Source: Candidatus Falkowbacteria bacterium CG10_big_fil_rev_8_21_14_0_10_43_11
Lineage (GTDB): Bacteria > Patescibacteriota > Patescibacteriia > Patescibacteriales > XYC2-FULL-47-12
Assembly (NCBI GenBank): GCA_002778635.1
Contig: PFAS01000047.1
Span: forward strand, 3,811-29,889
Length of the DNA: 26,079 bases
Direction of reading: 5' to 3'
Part shown: positions 1 to 8,315 of the stretch, in pieces
Layout of the letters: the number at the start of each line of letters is the position of its first letter
How positions within the stretch are numbered: position 1 is the stretch's first letter
Program-made: the position numbers and the translations under genes
The notes under the pieces: model-generated
What the model was told of the DNA's origin: nothing
Databases searched by the model: none
Seen by the model: only the letters and a program-made list of their open reading frames with translations

Positions 1-714
1 TTAACGACTTTTGCCATATTTAAAACAACCGGCGCGCCAGTTGCTTTAGCTACCGCGTCAGGGCAGGTATTGGGTGAAAAAGTTGTCAACGACGCGCTGA
101 GCGGAACTGTCGGCGACTACGTCGCAAGCCAAAAGAAACTTCTGAAAACAATTGATAAAAAACTAACCAAGCGCCTGGCCGGTCGTATTTTACTGCAAGT
201 GCAGGACAATGGCCAGGCATGGTATGTTGAGCCGACATCACAAGTTCGTTACTATCTCGCGGATGGCGCGCGCGCTTACGGCGCTTTGCGCAAATTCGGC
301 TTGGGCATTACCAACGCGGATCTGAAAAAAATTCCGGTGGGCATTGAACAGAGATTTTTAGATACTGACACTGATTCTGACGGCCTCGCGGATAAATTGG
401 AAGAAGGTTTGGGAACCGATATTAATAAAACCGATACGGACTCGGACGGCGTTTCCGATTATGACGAAGTTGTAAAAAATAATACCAATCCGCTAGGGAC
501 GGGCAAATTAACTTACAGTTCAAGTTTAATTAACCGGCTGAAAGGCAGAATTGTTTTGCAGGTGCAGAGTAAAGGCGAGGCCTGGTACATCAATCCGGTT
601 GACGGCAAAAGATATTATTTAAAAGACGGCGGCGCGGCGTATCAGATTATGAGATTTTTAAGCTTAGGAATTACCAATGCGGATATACAGAAAGTCGGGA
701 TAGGAGATTTATAG
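1..714 (+). CDS. 3' part of a surface/secreted protein: two copies of a ~55-aa GRILLQVQ..G.AWY..P....RYYL..G..AY...R..GLGITNAD repeat flanking DxDxDG (TSP3-like, Ca-binding) repeats; runs off the left edge
   Basis: Frame 1 is open from base 1 (LTTFAIFKTTGAPVALATASGQVLGEK...), so the TTG at 70 is not the true start. Motifs DTDTDSDGLADKLE and DTDSDGVSDYDE. Stop TAG at 712-714. Confidence 0.8.
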   Translation, partial: LTTFAIFKTTGAPVALATASGQVLGEKVVNDALSGTVGDYVASQKKLLKTIDKKLTKRLAGRILLQVQDNGQAWYVEPTSQVRYYLADGARAYGALRKFGLGITNADLKKIPVGIEQRFLDTDTDSDGLADKLEEGLGTDINKTDTDSDGVSDYDEVVKNNTNPLGTGKLTYSSSLINRLKGRIVLQVQSKGEAWYINPVDGKRYYLKDGGAAYQIMRFLSLGITNADIQKVGIGDL

Positions 715-726
715 GCGTGTTGTTAT

Positions 727-763
727 GTGTTCCAACCACGATAGCGTGGTTGGAACACTTTTT
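727..763 (+). terminator. Intrinsic terminator
   Basis: Perfect 14-bp stem GTGTTCCAACCACG (727-740), loop ATAG, CGTGGTTGGAACAC (745-758), then TTTTT. Confidence 0.9.
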
Positions 764-806
764 GTTATCATTGTGAACATTTTATTTTAATAAAAGGAGA
801 AGGGCT

Positions 807-1019
807 ATGTTCAAAAAAGTGGTAGTTGGTAATCTTACAAGAATTAGAAGCGAGCTAGATAAAAAGAACGATTGCCACAACTGCGACGGCGAAGGCAAGG
901 TTAATTATTGGTTTTTTCCTTAGAAAGTAAAGCATTGGCTTTTCCGCAAGTTGGTAATGGTTACTTGTGAAAAATGCCACGGCAGCGGCAAAGAAAAATA
1001 TCCTGCTTGTTCGGGCTAA
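807..1019 (+). pseudogene. Small DnaJ-type (CxxCxGxG x2) zinc-finger gene interrupted by an in-frame TAG at 921-923; not in the ORF track
   Basis: SD AAAGGAG upstream of ATG 807. Translation: MFKKVVVGNLTRIRSELDKKNDCHNCDGEGKVNYWFFP*KVKHWLFRKLVMVTCEKCHGSGKEKYPACSG*. Both motifs are in the same frame on either side of the TAG. Confidence 0.75.
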
Positions 1020-1038
1020 AGACAGAGGAGATTTTACG

Positions 1039-1155
1039 ATGGAAATAATTGATATGAGAGGCGATTACCATTGGTTAGCCGGACTGGTTGCGGTGGCGGT
1101 TATAGCTCTTGGAATTTTTATCGCCCAGAGCAAAAACCGGAAGGGCGGCGAATAG
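1039..1155 (+). CDS. 38-aa single-TM small protein (MEIIDMRGDYHWLAGLVAVAVIALGIFIAQSKNRKGGE)
   Basis: SD AGAGGAG at 1024-1030 precedes ATG 1039, preferred over the track's GTG 967, which overlaps the zinc-finger ORF. Hydrophobic core followed by a basic tail. Confidence 0.65.
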   Translation: MEIIDMRGDYHWLAGLVAVAVIALGIFIAQSKNRKGGE

Positions 1156-1180
1156 ATCATTTCGCATATTTCAGCACCCT

Positions 1181-1218
1181 AATTCGGCGTTAAGCTTAAT
1201 GCCGAATTTTATTTTTTG
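1181..1218 (+). terminator. Intrinsic terminator
   Basis: AATTCGGCGTTAAG/CTTAATGCCGAATT near-perfect palindrome (1181-1208) followed by TTATTTTTTG. Confidence 0.75.
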
Positions 1219-1223
1219 CCCGG

Positions 1224-1252
1224 TTGACAGGAATAATTTTTTATGATAGAAA
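1224..1252 (+). promoter_or_regulatory. Putative sigma70 promoter
   Basis: TTGACA (1224-1229), 17 nt, TAGAAA (1247-1252), with TG at 1244-1245 as an extended -10. Confidence 0.45.
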
Positions 1253-1317
1253 GAAAGGAAGTCAAATTTGAAACTTTGATTTTAAAAAAACAGTTCATTT
1301 CACTAAGGAGGATAATG

Positions 1318-1872
1318 ATGATAACGCCCATTATTTTAGCCATATTTTTGTTAGTAGCAGCGGGTCTTATTTTTTACGCTTTGCGCGCGGGAAATATGAA
1401 CGGAAAAGAAAAAGAAAAAGCCGGCAAAGTAACGGTAGGGCAAAAGAAAAAAGTTTATTTTGTAATTCCGGAGTACAAAGGTTTGTTAAAAGATTATACC
1501 GATGCTTTGGATAATTTTGTTATCCGTGATGTATTGCCGGCGATAAAAACGACCGCCGATCAAAAGAGTGCTCGTCTGCAAGCGCATCGCTTTGGAGTGG
1601 TGGCGGAGATTAAAAGAACGCCGCCGCACAATGCGGACATTTGCGTGTCTTTTAGAATAGAAAAAGATACGGAAAATAATAAGGTTTTTTTAAAAATTGA
1701 TTTTAACGAATGGAAGTGGGGGGTAGCGTCCGAGCTTGACGGCACGCAAGAACTGGCCGTGGAGCTGCCGGCGGTTAACCGCGAGGCAATAAAAAAAGCG
1801 GTAAAAATAGAGACATTAATCGGCCAGTTCACGACAGCGGTCATGGGTCCGCCATATAGCCGGTTTAGCTAA
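1318..1872 (+). CDS. Hypothetical membrane-anchored protein (~184 aa, N-terminal TM)
   Basis: SD AAGGAGG at 1305-1311 points to ATG 1318 rather than 1243. N-terminus MITPIILAIFLLVAAGLIFYALR. No family recognised. Confidence 0.75.
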   Translation: MITPIILAIFLLVAAGLIFYALRAGNMNGKEKEKAGKVTVGQKKKVYFVIPEYKGLLKDYTDALDNFVIRDVLPAIKTTADQKSARLQAHRFGVVAEIKRTPPHNADICVSFRIEKDTENNKVFLKIDFNEWKWGVASELDGTQELAVELPAVNREAIKKAVKIETLIGQFTTAVMGPPYSRFS

Positions 1873-1897
1873 AAAGTTCAAGAAGAACAGATATTCT

Positions 1898-1936
1898 AGC
1901 GTCCGTTTACAAAAATTCGGGCGCTTTTTATTTTTT
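1898..1936 (+). terminator. Intrinsic terminator
   Basis: AGCGTCCG (1898-1905) ... CGGGCGCT (1918-1925) followed by TTTTATTTTTT. Confidence 0.65.
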
Positions 1937-1938
1937 AA

Positions 1939-2006
1939 AATTTTCAGTGTTTGATAATTAAATTATTGGAAATTCATTGAAAATTGAAAATTGGTCATTG
2001 AAAATT
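1939..2006. repeat. Degenerate CATTGAAAATT tandem/inverted repeat module
   Basis: CATTGAAAATT at 1975-1985 and 1996-2006, GAAAATT at 1986-1992, and inverted copy AATTTTCAGTG at 1939-1949 (1 mismatch). Confidence 0.7.
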
Positions 2007-2026
2007 TTTCTCCTTTGCGCTAAAAT
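1998..2026 (+). promoter_or_regulatory. Putative leaderless sigma70 promoter for the CAP-domain gene
   Basis: TTGAAA (1998-2003), 17 nt, TAAAAT (2021-2026), 6 nt, then ATG 2033. Confidence 0.6.
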
Positions 2027-2032
2027 AGAGTT

Positions 2033-3511
2033 ATGAAGAAAAAAGCAAAACTATCATCCAAAAAAAGAACAAAAAAATCCCTTAAGCAGATTAATTTTTT
2101 GGATTTTGTTGATTCGGACGCGGACGGCTTATCCGATAACGAAGAAAAGCGGCTGGGGACTGACCCGTTCAATCCGGATACTGACCGCGACGGCTTGCCT
2201 GATTTTGCCGAAGTCAAAAAATACCGTACCGACCCGCTTAATCCGGATACGGATAATGACGGCATAACTGACGGCGATGAGGTAAAAATAGGGCTTAATC
2301 CTAAAAGCCCAAATCAGTGGAAAGATATTTTTTGGCCTTCGGTTGATAATAATTATCAGCCCTTGCTCTTGCGGCCCAAGCGCGCGATTGGTTACAGTGC
2401 TTTTTTTGTCGGCATAAAAGCAATCGCTTTTATCTTTGCGGCCGCGTTGCCCCTGCAGGCCTTTATGATGCCGGATGTTTTGGCGCAACAGCGGGACAAA
2501 ATTTTAGCGTTAGTGGAACAGGTGCGCGCCGAGCAGGGAGCGGGGGAATTAGCGGGCAATGAGAAGTTGCGGGCTTCCGCGCAGGCGAAAGCAAGCGATA
2601 TGGTTAACTATCAGTATTTTAGCCATGTAGGCCCGGAACAGCACGATTTGCCTTATTTTTTAAAGCAGGCCGATTATAATTATCGCTTTGCCGGGGAAAA
2701 TTTGGCCATGGGTTTTAACGACGCCTCAAGCGTGGTGCGCGCCTGGGTCAAAAGCCCTCTGCATTACCAAAATATCATTGACAAAGATTTTGCCGAAACC
2801 GGAATGGGCATAGATGGCGGCGAATATCAGGGCCGGCAGACGGTTTTTATCGCCAACCATTTCGGCTCGCCTTTAGTGACGACGGCCAAAAAAGAACAGC
2901 CGGCTGCGGGACAAAAAACCAAAAATAAGACCGTTAAATCGCGGCAGGTGCTGGGAGAAAAATTAAGCGGCGAGGCGGTTCCGGCAAGTGAAATTTCGTA
3001 TCAAGGAGAAAAATCTTTCGTGCTGTGGAAATACGACGGGGAGCGGACGACCTTTACCGCCCGAGCCGTTATCGGCGGGGAAGTAGCGCAAGCGGTCGTT
3101 TACATCGGGGATTATCAAATGGAATTAAAGGCGGATGAATCCGAAGCAAGTTTATACGCAGGAACTTTAACCGTCGCCGAGCCGATTGACAATTTTTTTC
3201 AGGTAGTCATTAATCCAAGCATTATTATTAAAGCCAAAAACGGCGCGACGCTTACCGCGAGCATTCCCTGGTATCAAACGAAAATAGTCGCGCCCTCGCT
3301 TTTGACCCGCTATCAGGCAATGCACACGATTTTGCCCGGAAGCTTAACCCGCGTCTTGAGCGCTTCCCGCGTCATTTTCGCTCTGGCCATAATAATTTTC
3401 AGCGTCGTGTTGCTTCTTACTATTTTTATTGAGATTAAAAAACAGCATCCGCACATTATCGTTCAAACTTTGGCAGTGATTGGGCTATTGGCGGTTTTAA
3501 TAAGTATTTAA
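2033..3511 (+). CDS. Membrane protein with N-terminal DxDxDG (TSP3-like) repeats, CAP/SCP domain and C-terminal TM helices (492 aa)
   Basis: DSDADGLSD, DTDRDGLPD, DTDNDGITD. CAP motifs KASDMVNYQYFSH, GENLAMG, WVKSPLHYQNI. Hydrophobic segments near aa 120-140 and at the C-terminus. Confidence 0.85.
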   Translation: MKKKAKLSSKKRTKKSLKQINFLDFVDSDADGLSDNEEKRLGTDPFNPDTDRDGLPDFAEVKKYRTDPLNPDTDNDGITDGDEVKIGLNPKSPNQWKDIFWPSVDNNYQPLLLRPKRAIGYSAFFVGIKAIAFIFAAALPLQAFMMPDVLAQQRDKILALVEQVRAEQGAGELAGNEKLRASAQAKASDMVNYQYFSHVGPEQHDLPYFLKQADYNYRFAGENLAMGFNDASSVVRAWVKSPLHYQNIIDKDFAETGMGIDGGEYQGRQTVFIANHFGSPLVTTAKKEQPAAGQKTKNKTVKSRQVLGEKLSGEAVPASEISYQGEKSFVLWKYDGERTTFTARAVIGGEVAQAVVYIGDYQMELKADESEASLYAGTLTVAEPIDNFFQVVINPSIIIKAKNGATLTASIPWYQTKIVAPSLLTRYQAMHTILPGSLTRVLSASRVIFALAIIIFSVVLLLTIFIEIKKQHPHIIVQTLAVIGLLAVLISI

Positions 3512-3512
3512 G

Positions 3513-3654
3513 ATTTATGATTTTAGATTTATGATTTATGAATAGTGAAGATTTAAAAACGAAATAATTTCTATTATGGTTGCCTCGGTAAAATATAGTA
3601 AAAGTAGAAAATAGATCTGAAATCCTAAATCATAAATCAAAAATCATAAATCAT
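3513..3654. repeat. Inverted heptamer-array element (ATTTATG)n ... (CATAAAT)n
   Basis: Left arm 3513-3543: ATTTATG ATTTTAG ATTTATG ATTTATG AAT. Right arm 3620-3654: ...CCTAAAT CATAAAT CAAAAAT CATAAAT CAT. Confidence 0.9.
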
Positions 3655-3657
3655 CGT

Positions 3658-4266
3658 ATGACTTTTACATTACAATTATTTTCCATCATCATATTAATCC
3701 TCTCCGCCTCAATCCACGAATACATGCACGCCTGGATGGCGGACCGTTTAGGGGATGCTACGGCGCGCGACGCGGGGCGGCTGACGATAAATCCGCTCGC
3801 GCATCTGGATTGGTTCGGCTCAATTTTTTTGCCGCTCCTTTTGGTATTGTCAAATTCGCCGTTCGTGTTCGGCTATGCCAAGCCGGTGCCGTTCAATCCG
3901 CATAATTTGCGCGACGGCAAATGGGGTCCGGCCAAAGTCGCGCTCGCCGGTCCTTTAGGCAATTTTATTTTAGCGCTCTCGTTTGGGCTGGTTTTGCGCT
4001 TCGTGCCGGTTTTAGACGCTCAACTCGCCGCTTTTATTTCTTACATTATTATTATTAATCTGATATTGATGGTTTTTAACCTTATCCCCATTCCGCCGTT
4101 AGACGGCTCTAAAATAATACTTCCGTTTTTGCCGTATCATTGGCAGAAAAAATATTTTCTCCTGGAACCGTACGGCATGACGCTGGTGGTGTTTTTTATG
4201 CTTTTGGGCATGAACATCGTTTGGTTTTTCGTAAATATTTTGTTTCAGCTGATTGTGGGCGGATAA
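3658..4266 (+). CDS. Site-2 protease family (M50) intramembrane zinc metalloprotease
   Basis: HExxH (SIHEYMH), LAGPLGN and NLIPIPPLDG motifs; multi-TM. Confidence 0.95.
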   Translation: MTFTLQLFSIIILILSASIHEYMHAWMADRLGDATARDAGRLTINPLAHLDWFGSIFLPLLLVLSNSPFVFGYAKPVPFNPHNLRDGKWGPAKVALAGPLGNFILALSFGLVLRFVPVLDAQLAAFISYIIIINLILMVFNLIPIPPLDGSKIILPFLPYHWQKKYFLLEPYGMTLVVFFMLLGMNIVWFFVNILFQLIVGG

Positions 4267-4304
4267 ATTTTGTATTCGTAGAGGTGAGGCATTGTTGATG
4301 TGAT

Positions 4305-4338
4305 TAAAAAAGAAAAAGAGGCCTGTTTTTTTCAGGCC
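4305..4338 (-). terminator. Intrinsic terminator for the minus-strand ORF
   Basis: GGCCTG (4320-4325) / CAGGCC (4333-4338) stem; the plus-strand A-rich tract at 4305-4317 gives a U-tract on the minus strand. Confidence 0.65.
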
Positions 4339-4377
4339 CCCATGGCAACGGAGGTTGATGCGCGAATTATTTTGAAT

Positions 4378-4668
4378 TTAAGCGGCGCGGCTGTGGTCTT
4401 GCCAATGATGGCGATGAAATTCGTCCGCGTATTTTTCCGCCCATTCCTGGGCCGAAAATTTGCCGATTATATCAATTAATTCTCGCCCGCTCAGGCCGAG
4501 GTGGAACGCATATTCTTCCACCGTCATCCCATTAGCGGCAATCTTTTCTACCGTATTTTCCACCGTTACCCAGCGGTGTCTCTGCATTTCTTGCAGTTCA
4601 CTTTCCAAATACTGCCGTTCATTTCGGAATACAATCGGTGGCGCAAAAAAAGAGCAATTAATTTCCAT
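4378..4668 (-). CDS. Hypothetical protein (96 aa)
   Basis: Minus-strand SD AAAGGAG 9 nt before ATG, a candidate promoter and a terminator all support this frame over the overlapping plus-strand ORFs. No family recognised. Confidence 0.7.
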   Translation of the reverse strand: MEINCSFFAPPIVFRNERQYLESELQEMQRHRWVTVENTVEKIAANGMTVEEYAFHLGLSGRELIDIIGKFSAQEWAEKYADEFHRHHWQDHSRAA

Positions 4669-4706
4669 GATGGATTTCTCCTTTCACACCATGATGGTTA
4701 TTTTTA

Positions 4707-4735
4707 ACCATATAACTTTGCGTTATTTTTAGCAA
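4707..4735 (-). promoter_or_regulatory. Putative promoter for the minus-strand ORF (divergent from the rpsL promoter)
   Basis: On the minus strand: TTGCTA, 17 nt, TATGGT. Confidence 0.45.
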
Positions 4736-4747
4736 TAGCCGTTTTTC

Positions 4748-4776
4748 TTGACGATTTTTTATTATTTTGCTAATCT
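4748..4776 (+). promoter_or_regulatory. Putative str operon promoter
   Basis: TTGACG (4748-4753), 17 nt, TAATCT (4771-4776), with extended -10 TG at 4768-4769. Confidence 0.6.
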
Positions 4777-4925
4777 ATTGATAGTTAGAAAACTTATTCA
4801 CCCCGTCGCCTGTTTCATTTAAGCCGGTTAATGTAATCATAGGGCTTATTTATGTAGGCGCAGGGGTAAACAAAACGCATAAAAGTCCAATCGGACTCAT
4901 TTTTTGTTATCTACCAAAATAAACT

Positions 4926-5345
4926 ATGCCTACTATTAACCAGTTAGTCAAAAGGCCGAGAAAAGTCCAAAAAATAAAAACCAAAGCGCCGGCCTTGCAA
5001 AGCGTTTTGGACACCCTCCACCGCCGGCGCACGGTATTGCCTAAAGGCAGTCCGTTTAAGCGCGGCGTTTGCCTGAAAGTGACGACCATGACGCCAAAAA
5101 AGCCAAACTCGGCTTTGCGTAAAATCGCGCGCGTCAGACTGTCAAACGGCAGCGAAGTAACCGCCTATATTCCAGGCATGGGACATAATTTGCAGGAGCA
5201 CGCGATTGTTTTAATCAAAGGCGGCAAAACCAAAGATTTGCCGGGCGTGCGCTATAAGATTATCCGCGGCGTCTACGATACGCAGGGCGTGCAAAATCGC
5301 CGGCAAGGCCGCTCTTGTTACGGAGCGAAACGGCCAAAACAATAA
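4926..5345 (+). CDS. rpsL: 30S ribosomal protein S12
   Basis: MPTINQLV...[10 protein letters not shown]...DLPGVRY. Confidence 0.99.
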   Translation: MPTINQLVKRPRKVQKIKTKAPALQSVLDTLHRRRTVLPKGSPFKRGVCLKVTTMTPKKPNSALRKIARVRLSNGSEVTAYIPGMGHNLQEHAIVLIKGGKTKDLPGVRYKIIRGVYDTQGVQNRRQGRSCYGAKRPKQ

Positions 5346-5367
5346 TTTATTCAAGAAATTTTGTACA

Positions 5368-5464
5368 GACTTAATAGAGCCCGCGAACCTAATCTAAATC
5401 CGTACCAAGAATTCGTATTAAAGGTTCATAATAAGATTTAAGTCCGTAATAACTATTTGAACAT
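5368..5464. repeat. Palindromic intergenic element, 'family X' copy 1 (rpsL-rpsG)
   Basis: GACTTAA-N10-GAACCT ... AGGTTC-N10-TTAAGTC symmetric arms; ends AACTATTTGAACAT-ATG. Confidence 0.8.
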
Positions 5465-5935
5465 ATGCGAGGAAAACCAGCGCCCAAAAGAGAAATACAG
5501 CCCGATGTCCGCTACCGCGATTTGGATGTTGCTAAATTCATGAATTACATTATGGAACGCGGCAAAAAGACCGTGGCGGAAAAAATCATCTACGGCTGTT
5601 TTGACATTATCAAAGAAAAAACCAAGCAAGACCCGCGGCATGTTTTTAACAAAGCGCTGAAACAAGTGGGTCCGCAGCTGGAAGTGCGCGGCCGCCGAGT
5701 CGGCGGCGCTAATTACCAAATTCCGTATCCGGTTCGCCCGGAGCGGCGTTTCGCGCTTTCCTGCCGCTGGATTATTGACGGCGCCAAATCGCGCAAAGGC
5801 CGTTCCATGGCGGATAAGTTAGCCGCCGAAATAATGGACGCGTCCAAAGGCGAAGGCGCGGCCGTCAAGAAACGCGCGGATGTGCACCGCATGGCCGAAG
5901 CCAACAAAGCGTTTGCGCATTTCGCTCGCTACTAA
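5465..5935 (+). CDS. rpsG: 30S ribosomal protein S7
   Basis: GKKTVAEKI, RRVGGANYQIP, HRMAEANKAFAHF. Confidence 0.99.
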   Translation: MRGKPAPKREIQPDVRYRDLDVAKFMNYIMERGKKTVAEKIIYGCFDIIKEKTKQDPRHVFNKALKQVGPQLEVRGRRVGGANYQIPYPVRPERRFALSCRWIIDGAKSRKGRSMADKLAAEIMDASKGEGAAVKKRADVHRMAEANKAFAHFARY

Positions 5936-6041
5936 ATACGCAAATTACCACGAATAAATTAACGAATGGTCGCTAATTTAGTCAAAATAATTATTCTTAA
6001 ATTATTGTAAAATTTTTGTTTAATTATTATTCAATTTTCAC

Positions 6042-6077
6042 GGGATTGCCACGCTCCCTCCGGTCGCTCACAATGAC
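6042..6077. repeat. Solo half of a GTCATTGCGAG...GCAATC-type REP-like element
   Basis: Reverse complement reads GTCATTGTGAGCGACCGGAGGGAGCGTGGCAATCCC. It resembles a widespread palindromic repeat class I recall; not verified by search. No partner half in the window. Confidence 0.6.
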
Positions 6078-6130
6078 AGAAAATAACAATTTAACCAATT
6101 AACTTTTTACTTTTAACTTTCTAACTCCCT

Positions 6131-8212
6131 ATGGATTATCCCCTTAATAAAGTCCGCAACATCGGCATTATCGCCCACATCGACGCCGGCAAAACAACCG
6201 TTTCCGAGCGCATTTTATTTTACACCGGCAAAAAGCACAAAATCGGCGAGGTGCACGAAGGCGAAGCGACGATGGACTGGATGGAACAGGAGCAAGAGCG
6301 CGGTATTACCATAACGAGCGCCGCGACCACTTGTTTTTGGAAAGATTGCCGCATCAACTTAATTGATACTCCGGGACATGTGGATTTTACCGCCGAAGTG
6401 GAACGCTCTTTGCGCGTTTTAGACGGCGGCGTAGTCGTATTTGACGGCGTAGCCGGCGTTGAGCCGCAATCCGAAACGGTTTGGCATCAGGCGGAAAAAT
6501 ACAGCGTGCCGCGCATGTGTTTTATCAATAAATTGGATAGAACCGGCGCGGATTTTTATAAAGACGTGGAATCCATTCACAGCCGTTTGACCAAAAGCGC
6601 TTACCCGATCCAGCTGCCTATCGGCACGGAAGAAAATTTTCGCGGCTTAGTTGATTTGCTTACGCGCAAAGCGCGAATTTACGAAGACGAATTGGGCACT
6701 AAATTCAGCGACGAAGAGGTGCCGGCGGACATGAAAGACAAAGTGGAAGAATACCGCGCGAAATTGGTTGAAGCGATCGTGGAAAATGACGAAGAGTTAA
6801 TGGGTAAATATTTGGCCGGTGAAGAAATCGGCGCGGAAGATTTAAAAAAAGAATTGCGCGCGGGAGTAATCACTAACCGTCTGGTGCCGATTATGTGCGG
6901 CAGCGCGCTGAAAAATAAAGGCGTGCAGTTTTTATTGGACGCGGTCTGCGACTATTTGCCGTCGCCGCTTGACGTGCCGCCGCTGGAAGGAATTGACGCC
7001 AAAGACGCGGCCAAAAAAATTGCCGTACATCCGGACCCAAATGAGCCGTTCGCGGGCCTAGCTTTTAAAATCGCGACCGACCCTTTTGTCGGCAAACTTT
7101 GTTTTGTCCGCGTTTATAGCGGCATCTTAAAATCCGGCTCTTATGTTTTAAATACCGCGAACGACGCCAAAGAGCGCATCGCTCGCATTGTTTTGATGCA
7201 CGCCAATCACCGTGAGGATGTGGATGAAGTAAAGGCGGGTGAAATCGCGGCCGTGATTGGTCTAAAGAGCACCGTTACCGGACATACGCTTTGCGATGAG
7301 AGCCGCCCGCTGATTTTAGAAAGCATTACTTTCCCCGAACCGGTAATCAAAGTCGCCGTGGAACCGAAAACCAAAGCGGACCAGGAAAAAATGGGCATTG
7401 CTTTGCAGAAACTTGCGGAAGAAGACCCGACTTTTCGCGTTAATACCGATCAGGAAACCGGCCAGACTTTAATCGCGGGCATGGGCGAGTTGCATTTGGA
7501 TATTATTGTTGATCGTATGAAGCGCGAGTTTAAAGTGGAAGCGAACATCGGCCAGCCGCAAGTCGCTTATCGCGAGACAATCAAAAAAGAAGCGGAAGCC
7601 GAAGGAAAATACATCCGCCAATCCGGCGGCCGCGGTCAATACGGCCATTGCTATTTGCGCGTGAAGCCGCAAGAAACCGGCAAAGGTTTTGAATTTAACG
7701 ATGAAGTAAAAGGCGGCGCTATTCCGCGCGAGTATATTCCGGCCATTCAAAAAGGCGTTAAAGAAGCGCTGGACAAAGGAATTTTGGCCGGTTACCAGTT
7801 GGTTGACATTAGCGTTACCGTCTATGACGGTTCGTATCACGAAGTTGACTCATCCGAAGCGGCGTTTAAAATCGCGGGTTCAATGGCTTTTCAAGACGCT
7901 TGCCGCAAAGCCGATCCGGTATTGTTAGAGCCGGTAATGAATGTGGAAGTAGTAACGCCGGAACAGTTTATGGGAGATGTGGTCGGCGATATTAATTCCA
8001 AGCGAGGTAAAGTGGAAGAAATGAGCGAACGCGGCCAGATGAAAGTGATTGACGCCAAAGTGCCGCTCGCGGAAATGTTCGGTTATGCCACGCAATTGCG
8101 CTCCATGACGCAGGGCCGCGCGAGCTACAGCATGGAATTATTCGGCTACGAAGAAGTGCCGCGCAACAAAGCGCAGGAAATTATTGAAGGCAAAAGCGGA
8201 GGAAAAAAGTAG
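6131..8212 (+). CDS. fusA: Elongation factor G
   Basis: [39 protein letters not shown]; 693 aa. Confidence 0.99.
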   Translation: MDYPLNKVRNIGIIAHIDAGKTTVSERILFYTGKKHKIGEVHEGEATMDWMEQEQERGITITSAATTCFWKDCRINLIDTPGHVDFTAEVERSLRVLDGGVVVFDGVAGVEPQSETVWHQAEKYSVPRMCFINKLDRTGADFYKDVESIHSRLTKSAYPIQLPIGTEENFRGLVDLLTRKARIYEDELGTKFSDEEVPADMKDKVEEYRAKLVEAIVENDEELMGKYLAGEEIGAEDLKKELRAGVITNRLVPIMCGSALKNKGVQFLLDAVCDYLPSPLDVPPLEGIDAKDAAKKIAVHPDPNEPFAGLAFKIATDPFVGKLCFVRVYSGILKSGSYVLNTANDAKERIARIVLMHANHREDVDEVKAGEIAAVIGLKSTVTGHTLCDESRPLILESITFPEPVIKVAVEPKTKADQEKMGIALQKLAEEDPTFRVNTDQETGQTLIAGMGELHLDIIVDRMKREFKVEANIGQPQVAYRETIKKEAEAEGKYIRQSGGRGQYGHCYLRVKPQETGKGFEFNDEVKGGAIPREYIPAIQKGVKEALDKGILAGYQLVDISVTVYDGSYHEVDSSEAAFKIAGSMAFQDACRKADPVLLEPVMNVEVVTPEQFMGDVVGDINSKRGKVEEMSERGQMKVIDAKVPLAEMFGYATQLRSMTQGRASYSMELFGYEEVPRNKAQEIIEGKSGGKK

Positions 8213-8245
8213 CGTAAAAACATTGAAACAATTAACAAGCGATAA

Positions 8246-8274
8246 TTGACAAGTGGTAATGACAGTTATATAAT
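8246..8274 (+). promoter_or_regulatory. Perfect-consensus sigma70 promoter
   Basis: TTGACA (8246-8251), 17 nt, TATAAT (8269-8274). Confidence 0.85.
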
Positions 8275-8315
8275 TTTGATTAGTTGCAATTTTAAATAAA
8301 ATAAATTTGTGGGAT

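Noticed and set aside
921-923. Genome-wide stop-codon reassignment (TAG or TGA)
   Set aside because: TAG ends fusA, rplD, rplW, rplP and rplN at expected positions; TGA ends rpsJ; no conserved gene has an internal stop.
967-1038. Track start at GTG 967
   Set aside because: It overlaps the second zinc-finger motif in another frame; the SD supports ATG 1039.
4460-4732. Plus-strand ORFs 4460-4732 and 4501-4707
   Set aside because: They overlap the minus-strand ORF that has an SD, promoter and terminator; their composition is not protein-like.
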